A stretch of 29,062 bases of DNA, taken from positions 1-29,062 of the forward strand of contig NZ_JAYKGW010000113.1 in NCBI RefSeq assembly GCF_035285525.1, given 5' to 3'. Source of the DNA: Okeania sp. (lineage in GTDB: Bacteria > Cyanobacteriota > Cyanobacteriia > Cyanobacteriales > Microcoleaceae). The position numbers and the translations under genes are program-made. Shown in pieces: positions 16,901 to 24,044 of the stretch. Below the pieces are notes generated by a model. The model had not been told where the DNA came from and did no database searches. It saw nothing but the letters and a program-made list of their open reading frames with translations. Position 1 is the stretch's first letter, and each line of letters begins with the position of its first letter.

Positions 16901-18721
16901 CTATTCTCTAATTTTCAATTCATCAATATTCCAAAAAGCACCGCCAATGGCAGAAAATTTTAAATTATCAATATGATTACGAATTGCTTGAAGTGAAAGA
17001 GGATTTACTAAAAAAAATATAGGCAATTGTTCGGCAACAATTTTTTGAAATTCCCCATAAATTTCCCGGCGTTTATTTTCATCTACTGTCTGATATCCAG
17101 CAGTAAATAATCGGTCAATTTCTTTTTCCCAGTCAGAAACTTGCCAATTTTTAATTGGTGGTTCACCAGGTCTAGAACCCAAATTAAACTGATGAAATGA
17201 ACCTTGACTTGACCAAAGCAGGGAAAGTAAGTTTGGTTCAAAGTCAGAGCCAGGAACACCAAAAGCTCCGACATAACATTCCCAATCTCTAGTCAATAAT
17301 AGCTTTTGTAAAACAGTGTTGAAGTTAAGTATCTGTAAATTTCCTTTAATTCCGATTTGACTTAAATCTTCTTTGATTTGAACTGCTGTATCTATTCGTA
17401 GTTTTTCTTCAGATTTTACTAAAATTGTAAATTCTACTTGGTTGCCATTTTCATCCAATAATTCATTAACATTATTATATTTAAAACCAGCGTCTAATAA
17501 TATTTTTTTTGCCTTTTTCGGGTTGTATTGATAAACCTTTAATCCTGATTTTGGAGATAAATAATAAGGACTGTTTACCCCTAAAGCAGAATGTTGTATT
17601 TCCCCTAAACCGCGATAAATGTTATTATTAATTCGTTGGCGATTAATGCCATAAGCAACTGCTTGTCGGAATGCTAAATTATTAAACCAACTAGACTTAA
17701 TAGGATCTAAAAAAGGTTTACCTTGAGAATTTATTCCTTGATTAAGATTAAAACCAACAAATTGATAGCCTCCCTGAGGACCACCATTATAAATCTTATA
17801 TTTGCCTCGTTTTTCTTCTCGCTTAAGTAATTGAAATGCTTCGGCATCTACTCTAATACTATCTAATTCCCCTGAACGAAATCTTAGCAATTGATTGTCA
17901 GTTGATGGAATAATTTGAATGATAATTTTATCTAGATAAGGAAGAGATTCACCTGCTGAGTCAGAACGCCAATAAAAGGGATTTTTCTGTAAAACTATTC
18001 TTTGAGAAGGAATATAATTTTCCAGTTTAAATGCACCATTACTAATGATTTTTTCTGGTTGTGTATTTGTATTCCAGATTGATAAAAATAGAGGTTTACC
18101 ATCAGCATCAGTTGCAGAAACACTATCCCGTAAAGCATGAGCTGGTAAAATTTTTAATCTTAATATGTACCTGAGAAATGGAGCAAATGGTTCGGGTAAA
18201 ATAAACTCTATTCGACGTTGGTCTATTTTTTTTATAGAGGGAAAAGCACCACTACTACCAATTCTTAAAAAGTCTCTGTAGACAGTAGGAATTTTTTGAT
18301 TTAGATAAATATCTTGATAGGTAAATACAACATCATCAGCAGTTAGAGGTTCTCCATTAGACCATTTTAATTCTGACCTTAAAGTAAAAATAATCCGCTT
18401 TTGATCTTCAGAGAAAATCCAAGATTCTGCTAAGGCAGGTTCTAATTCTCCAGTTAAACCATTTTCTGACATTAATCCTTCGTAAATATATCCAAAAATT
18501 CCGTAGGGAGAACGAGATATAGGATAGTTAAAAGTAGATGGAGGAGTTGGGTTAACTAACACTAATTTTGAGTTATCGTTACTCTGGGAGTTTAATAATG
18601 TTGAGCGACAACTACTGGTCATAATTAATAGACAAAATAATAGAATCCCTACTAAAAAGAGTCGGACTCTAAAAATAGTAAATCTATGAATATTTTGATT
18701 TTGGTTTTTACTTTCTAACAT
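16901..18721 (-). CDS. ABC transporter substrate-binding protein, family 5 (peptide/nickel type)
   Basis: 606 aa with an N-terminal hydrophobic signal ending LIMTSSC (possible lipobox). The WSNGEPLTADDVVFTY motif is typical of SBP_bac_5 proteins. Confidence 0.8.
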   Translation of the reverse strand: MLESKNQNQNIHRFTIFRVRLFLVGILLFCLLIMTSSCRSTLLNSQSNDNSKLVLVNPTPPSTFNYPISRSPYGIFGYIYEGLMSENGLTGELEPALAESWIFSEDQKRIIFTLRSELKWSNGEPLTADDVVFTYQDIYLNQKIPTVYRDFLRIGSSGAFPSIKKIDQRRIEFILPEPFAPFLRYILRLKILPAHALRDSVSATDADGKPLFLSIWNTNTQPEKIISNGAFKLENYIPSQRIVLQKNPFYWRSDSAGESLPYLDKIIIQIIPSTDNQLLRFRSGELDSIRVDAEAFQLLKREEKRGKYKIYNGGPQGGYQFVGFNLNQGINSQGKPFLDPIKSSWFNNLAFRQAVAYGINRQRINNNIYRGLGEIQHSALGVNSPYYLSPKSGLKVYQYNPKKAKKILLDAGFKYNNVNELLDENGNQVEFTILVKSEEKLRIDTAVQIKEDLSQIGIKGNLQILNFNTVLQKLLLTRDWECYVGAFGVPGSDFEPNLLSLLWSSQGSFHQFNLGSRPGEPPIKNWQVSDWEKEIDRLFTAGYQTVDENKRREIYGEFQKIVAEQLPIFFLVNPLSLQAIRNHIDNLKFSAIGGAFWNIDELKIRE

Positions 18722-18980
18722 TGGGAAAATTATTGGGGAAAATTTGTTTGGTTTATACTATAGCAATCCTATTTTCTTTGTGTATAAAAATCTTACCGCT
18801 TTTAGGGAACGGGGAATAGGAAATAGGAAAAATACTTTTTTCCAAAATGGATGAACCACATTGCCATAAGCAAAATCTAGTAGGGAAGTTGCATAAGGGC
18901 GTCTCTACTGTGGTTTAGCGAAATGAAAACTGCTACAGGAAGACCAAGAGAAAAAAATCAAGGAACAATTATTCTTCTCA

Positions 18981-19097
18981 CACCTCCCACCCGGACCACA
19001 CCTCCCACCCGGACCACACGAACCACATCTTCCACACTCCCCACACCTCCCACCCGGACCACACGAACCACATCTTCCACACTCCCCACACTCCAGA
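18981..19097. repeat. C-rich 9-nt-periodic array (13 nonamers, consensus CAC-NNN-CCA) with higher-order structure A-A-B-A-B (A = 18 nt, B = 27 nt)
   Basis: A = CACCTCCCACCCGGACCA at 18981, 18999 and 19044. B = CACGAACCACATCTTCCACACTCCCCA at 19017 and 19062. By hand count 74 of 117 nt are G/C (about 65 C and 9 G on the plus strand). Confidence 0.9.
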
Positions 19098-19154
19098 TAG
19101 AGTTGCCCAAACTCAAAATCAATGGTAAAGTTTTGTAAAGAAAACTTAATTTAT

Positions 19155-19245
19155 ACAGGACTTACGGAAAGGTACTATGTGTAGAGTTAAAAAACTATGG
19201 CGCCATAGTTTTTAACGCTATATGTAGCGTCTAGTGCGTAAGTCC
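19155..19245. mobile_element. MITE-like element, CAGGACTTACG family (copy d)
   Basis: CAGGACTTACGGAAAGGTACTATGTGTAGAG ... GCTATATGTAGCGTCTAGTGCGTAAGTCCT. It ends 15 nt upstream of the MATE start codon. Confidence 0.65.
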
Positions 19246-19260
19246 TATTAGAAAAAAACT

Positions 19261-20607
19261 ATGAAACAACAACTAACAGAAGGTAAAATTAGCCTACTCT
19301 TATTAAAGCTAACAATACCTATGATTTGGGGAGTGCTTGCTGTCATTGGGTTCAATATTGTTGATACCTACTTTGTCAGTAAGCTGGGAACAAAAGAACT
19401 AGCAGCAATGAGTTTCACCTTTCCAGTGGTAACATTATTAGGTAGTGTATCAATGGGTTTAGGAACAGGTGCTGGTTCTGTTATTTCTAGAGCTATTGGA
19501 GAAGGAGACCGCCACAAAGTAAAAGGACTTACTACTGACAGTCTAATTTTATCCGTATTAACAGTAGGAATTTTCGTAGTCCTTGGTTTAACAACTATCG
19601 ACCCCATATTTACAGCATTAGGAGCAAAAGCAGAAATTCTGCCCCTAATTCGAGAATATATGGAAATTTGGTATCTGGGAGTAATTTTTATCGTAGTGCC
19701 AATGGTAGGTAACAGTGCTATTCGCGCTGCTGGTAATACATTCATTCCCAGTGTGGTGATGATTTTAGCAGGTCTTGTTAATGCTGTGTTAGATCCAATG
19801 TTAATTTTTGGAATAGGTGCAATTCCACCGATGGGGTTGCAAGGAGCAGCATTAGCAACGGTTATTGGTAGGGCAACTACATTAGTAGCTTCTTTGTTTT
19901 TTCTGCACTATCACGAACAAATGATTTCCTGGAAGTTGCCTAGTTTGAAGGTTATGCTCCGAAATTGGCAAAATATCCTTTATATAGGTATACCTGCCAC
20001 CGGTACAAATATGATTACACCAATTTCTATAGCTTTTATTACTAGCTTGATGGCAAGTTATGGCACTGCAGCAGTGGCAGGTTTTGGTGTTGCTTCTAAG
20101 GTAGAGATGTTTTCTGTTATTGTACCAATAGCATTATCTGCTAGTTTCGGTCCCTTTGTCGGGCAAAACTGGGGAGCCAAAAAGTATGACCGTGTGTATT
20201 TTGCTTTGCGCTTAGGGTTTCAGTTTTGTCTGTTTTGGGGAATTATGGGAGCGATCGCTCTTGGTATAGGCGGCAGTTGGGTTGTTTCAATATTTGATAA
20301 AGATCCGGCAGTTGTAGAAGTTGCTGCTAAATATTTACTGATAGTACCTATTAGTTATAGTAGTGCGGGGATTATATTAATTTGTAGTACCACTTTTAAT
20401 GCTTTGGGGAAACCTTTACCTTCTGTAGTAATGACTATCACTAAGATGTTATTTTTGTATGTACCTTTGGCATATTTGGGAAGTTGGTTATTCGGAATAA
20501 ATGGTATTTTTGCTGCTGCTTGTTTTGCTAATTTGGCAGTTGGTATTGGAGCTTATCTTTGGTATCATAAAAAATTTCTTCAAAACTATAAATTTCAAAG
20601 TGTATAG
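19261..20607 (+). CDS. MATE family efflux transporter
   Basis: 448 aa and about 12 hydrophobic helices. The N-terminus LLKLTIPMIWGVLAVIGFNIVDTYFVSKLGTKELAAMSF is typical of MATE/NorM-type proteins. Confidence 0.8.
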   Translation: MKQQLTEGKISLLLLKLTIPMIWGVLAVIGFNIVDTYFVSKLGTKELAAMSFTFPVVTLLGSVSMGLGTGAGSVISRAIGEGDRHKVKGLTTDSLILSVLTVGIFVVLGLTTIDPIFTALGAKAEILPLIREYMEIWYLGVIFIVVPMVGNSAIRAAGNTFIPSVVMILAGLVNAVLDPMLIFGIGAIPPMGLQGAALATVIGRATTLVASLFFLHYHEQMISWKLPSLKVMLRNWQNILYIGIPATGTNMITPISIAFITSLMASYGTAAVAGFGVASKVEMFSVIVPIALSASFGPFVGQNWGAKKYDRVYFALRLGFQFCLFWGIMGAIALGIGGSWVVSIFDKDPAVVEVAAKYLLIVPISYSSAGIILICSTTFNALGKPLPSVVMTITKMLFLYVPLAYLGSWLFGINGIFAAACFANLAVGIGAYLWYHKKFLQNYKFQSV

Positions 20608-21127
20608 CAATCCTGGATAGGTTGTTACCAATCAAAAAGTAGATAAAAAAAACTGAAACTTTTAACTTTTCTCTATTTCCTAAAAGGGATAATTTCTTGG
20701 CTTTATTCAAAATTGATATGTACATATCAATAGTACTTAAGCAAAGGTACCATATATAGAGTTTAAAACTATTGCGAGTTTTAAAGGCTTCAGACGCTTT
20801 CAAGCATTTTTTATGTTCTACTTTGTATAGAATTTAAGGGAATAAAAACTATAGATATTAGGGAACACTTAACTGGGAATAGGTATGGAGGAAAAAGTAT
20901 TTTTGCAAATGTGAAATGCACCCAAAATATAAGTTATAAAACTTCTCCTTTTCAGAATAAAAAAGAAATAATATTTCCCTATATTCAATCCTCTCAGTTT
21001 TAACCAGAGGTAATGATCAATTATCCATTAATGAACTAACAAAAAAAAATTATTAACAAAACTGAAAATTTAAAGCTATACTGTAAACTAAAAAATACTT
21101 TTAATACATTTACCCAAACCCCATGCC

Positions 21128-23254
21128 ATGCGGTTGCAACGTCAGTTCAGTGGACAAACTATTACCTTAGACACCCAAAACCAAATTGGTGGCGGTGGTG
21201 AAGGTCGTATCTATTCTATATTACAAGACCCATCTCTGGTGGCCAAAATCTACCATAAACCCACAGATGAAAATGCAGATAAGTTAACCATCATGTTTTC
21301 CCATCCACCCAATGCACCCACAGCAGGAGGACATTCGGCGATCGCATGGCCTGTAGACCTATTACGGACTATCAACCAGAAACAACAAATAGTCGGTTTT
21401 TTAATGCCCCGTGTTTACAGAGCGGAACCAATACATATATTTTATAATCCCAGAAACCGTCGGCAAAAAAAACCCCTTTTTAACTATCGTTATCTGCACC
21501 GCGCTGCTCGTAACTTAGTGGCAGCAGTTAACGCTTTACATAATAGTAAATATGTGATCGGTGATGTCAACGAATCAAATATTCTGGTAACAGATACCGC
21601 TCTTGTCACCCTAGTTGATACCGACTCATTTCAAGTCCAAGACCCCTATACCCAAGAATTTTACCGTTGTCCAGTGGGTAAACCAGAGTTCACACCCCCA
21701 GAATTACAAGGTCAGAGTTTCCGAGATATTGACCGCAAACCTGAACATGATTTATTTGGCATTGGAATATTAATATTTCAACTTTTGATGGAAGGAACTC
21801 ACCCTTTTGCTGGAGTTTACAAGGACAGAGGGGAGCCTCCTACCATAGAAACACGAATTAAATTAGGTCATTTTCCCTATGGAAAAAAGCAAGTTCCCTA
21901 TCGTCCGATGCCACTTGCACCAAATTGGAAAATTTTGCATCCGAGCATACGAGAATTATTAATTGAGTGTTTTGAAGTAGGTTACAAAAAACCAAGGTTG
22001 CGCCCAGATACCAGAACTTGGTTGCAGGTTTTACGAGAGTCTGAGAATAGTTTGGTGACTTGTCAAAGAAATAATCAACATTTGTATGGAAATCACTTAA
22101 AGTCTTGTCCGTGGTGCGAACGGACTAAATTATTGAAAGGGCGAGATCCTTTTCCTTCCAGGAGAGCAGTACAAAATAAGCAACATTTGGAACCTGGACT
22201 CAAGAAGCAGAAGTCGTTATCATTAGCAGCACAAAAAACTGCTCCCCCTAAAAAACCAGGACGACCGAAACCAATTATCATACCTCGGCAAATGGGGCAA
22301 TATCAACCTTTACTAACTCCTGTTTCTACCAAATTTAGATCGCCGTCATTACCAATAATTCCCTTGCCAGGGGGTGGTAACGGTTTTTCTGGTGTCGCCC
22401 AAGATGCTATTTGGGGTGGTCTGTGGGGAGTTTTGTGTGCAGCAGCAATATCAGGTTTGGTATTAGCTATCATCAAAGGTAGCGTTGCGACGATCGGTGG
22501 TGTAATTATGGGAATATTGTGGGGTGGTTTTTTAGCGCTCTCCTTTCAGTATGTGATCCCAACAAATTCATCTAATGTTAGTCTAGGTTTAACTGGGGCG
22601 ATGTGGGGAGGGTTTATTGCGGCTGCTATTAGTGGCATTGTTTATGGAGTCGGCAACCGCGATGGGGCATTTGGACAAGCATTGGTATTGGGTGGATTTT
22701 TAGGGATTATTTGGGGTGGTGTTTGGAGTGCTTTTAAACCACCTTTGGCGCTGCCTGTTCCGGGGCGAGTTTGGGGAGGACGAGGTTTATTTTTAGGGTC
22801 AATTTGGGGTGCTTTTTTAGGTGCAGTTATTGGGGCAATTTTATCAGGAGTTTTTGTGTTTCAGGAAAGTCTAAATCAGAGTAATAATTCGGCGATATTG
22901 TTATCTATGTTGATGAGTAGTATGATTCCGGCAATGGGTATAGGTGGAATGGGAGGAATGATGGGAGGTTTTGTTTTTGGACCTATTTTAGGTGTACCTA
23001 CTTTGCCTTTATCGAATAAATTATCTGGATTTAGAGGTGGTGTATTGGGTGGAATTTGGGGTTGTTTTTTAGGAGTAATTATTGGGGTAATTTTGGGTGG
23101 TATTTTATCACAAATTCCGTTGATAGATTTAGTGGGAATTGTCGGAATCAATGCAAGTATAACATCAATTATTTCGACAATTTTTGGAGCTGGTTTAGGT
23201 GCTATTGGTGGTTGTTTTTCCGGAGCTGCTTGGGGAGCTATGGGGAAATGGTAA
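21128..23254 (+). CDS. Hanks-type Ser/Thr kinase-like domain fused to a Zn-ribbon-like motif, a Pro/Lys-rich linker and a glycine-zipper/WGG-repeat polytopic membrane region
   Basis: Kinase features: G-loop GGGGEGRIY, VAKIY lysine, catalytic-loop-like IGDVNESNILV, DTDS (DFG-like), FTPPE (APE-like) and DLFGIGILIFQLL. The C-x5-H-x10-C-x2-C motif spans residues 312-330. Residues ~416-708 are Gly-rich and hydrophobic with 8 W-G-G/A/C motifs. Confidence 0.7.
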   Translation: MRLQRQFSGQTITLDTQNQIGGGGEGRIYSILQDPSLVAKIYHKPTDENADKLTIMFSHPPNAPTAGGHSAIAWPVDLLRTINQKQQIVGFLMPRVYRAEPIHIFYNPRNRRQKKPLFNYRYLHRAARNLVAAVNALHNSKYVIGDVNESNILVTDTALVTLVDTDSFQVQDPYTQEFYRCPVGKPEFTPPELQGQSFRDIDRKPEHDLFGIGILIFQLLMEGTHPFAGVYKDRGEPPTIETRIKLGHFPYGKKQVPYRPMPLAPNWKILHPSIRELLIECFEVGYKKPRLRPDTRTWLQVLRESENSLVTCQRNNQHLYGNHLKSCPWCERTKLLKGRDPFPSRRAVQNKQHLEPGLKKQKSLSLAAQKTAPPKKPGRPKPIIIPRQMGQYQPLLTPVSTKFRSPSLPIIPLPGGGNGFSGVAQDAIWGGLWGVLCAAAISGLVLAIIKGSVATIGGVIMGILWGGFLALSFQYVIPTNSSNVSLGLTGAMWGGFIAAAISGIVYGVGNRDGAFGQALVLGGFLGIIWGGVWSAFKPPLALPVPGRVWGGRGLFLGSIWGAFLGAVIGAILSGVFVFQESLNQSNNSAILLSMLMSSMIPAMGIGGMGGMMGGFVFGPILGVPTLPLSNKLSGFRGGVLGGIWGCFLGVIIGVILGGILSQIPLIDLVGIVGINASITSIISTIFGAGLGAIGGCFSGAAWGAMGKW

Positions 23255-23256
23255 TT

Positions 23257-23284
23257 TCAGTTATCACTTATCAGTTATCAGTAT
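23257..23284. repeat. Heptamer tandem array (TCAGTTA-type)x4, STRR-like
   Basis: TCAGTTA TCACTTA TCAGTTA TCAGTAT, starting 3 nt after the kinase-fusion stop codon. Confidence 0.9.
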
Positions 23285-23505
23285 GAAGTCAGAGCCTTTG
23301 TACCTTAATTTTTCGGTAAATATTGAGTTATATTTGAACTTCTCTAATTATGCACAACTACTTAAAATTATTGTCTATTATAATATAAAAAAATGGCTTT
23401 AGTTGTCTAGCTGCAACGGCCACCTTATTTTTATCTCAACTTTAAAATAGACATTAATATCTGTTTTGTAACAAATATATAACTTATAGGATTTTTCATA
23501 AAGAT

Positions 23506-23992
23506 GAGGTACGTTTACGATCCCCCTAAATCCCCCTTTCCCTTGTCTACCCCCCCCTTAAAAAGCTATGCTTTATAAACATCTTTCTTAACATAAAACT
23601 TGGGCATTATTGAGAAGTTATATGTAATACTAATTCCCAAAAGTATTGCCCAAGTATAGCAATACTTCAGTTATTAACTAATCAGTATAAGCAAAATTAC
23701 TTTTTTGCTGATTTTAGCTAAGTTAATGTTAATTATTCTTATGTTTGCTTCTCCCTTACTCCCCTGCTCAACAAAATGTAGAAAACTTTTTGAAAAATGG
23801 TATAAGTCTTGGTTCGGCTTTTTTGGAAAAAAAATGTATTTTTTCATACATTTTTCTGGGATTATTTAAGTATTTTTACTTGGCTAGCATGATTGTTTCT
23901 CCCGGCTCCCCTCCTCCCCAGAAGGGTTTTAGGAGTTTCTGATCAGAGATAGCTAAAAAAAGGGGGGGTGGTGGGGTCTAAAACTGTACCTC
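23506..23992. repeat. ~487-bp segment bounded by imperfect inverted repeats rich in C/G homopolymer runs (possible non-autonomous element or structured leader)
   Basis: The left arm is GAGGTACGTTTACGATCCCCC...ACCCCCCCCTTAAAAAGCT (23506-23567). The right arm is AGCTAAAAAAAGGGGGGGTGGTGGGGTCTAAAACTGTACCTC (23951-23992). Confidence 0.45.
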
Positions 23993-24044
23993 ACAGAGAA
24001 CGAGAACTGCTATATCTATTTTATCAAGATTTTTCGGAAAAAGA

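Noticed and set aside
18923-19138. Track ORF encoding a 71-aa Thr/Pro-rich repeat protein (TPPTRTT...).
   Set aside because: The periodic composition is a by-product of the 9-nt DNA repeat, and all frames are open across it. No Shine-Dalgarno-like sequence precedes the ATG. I kept it as a finding about the repeat, not as a supported CDS.
22093-23402. ORFs 22093-22281(-), 22876-23151(-), 23056-23286(+) and 23199-23402(+) overlapping the kinase-fusion gene.
   Set aside because: They are alternative-frame or antisense ORFs produced by the Gly/Pro-codon-rich repetitive composition of the 708-aa CDS, which has clear domain signatures.
23745-23942. 65-aa ORF inside the inverted-repeat-bounded segment as a possible transposase remnant.
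   Set aside because: It is far too short, has low-complexity sequence and shows no DDE or HTH-like pattern I can recognise.
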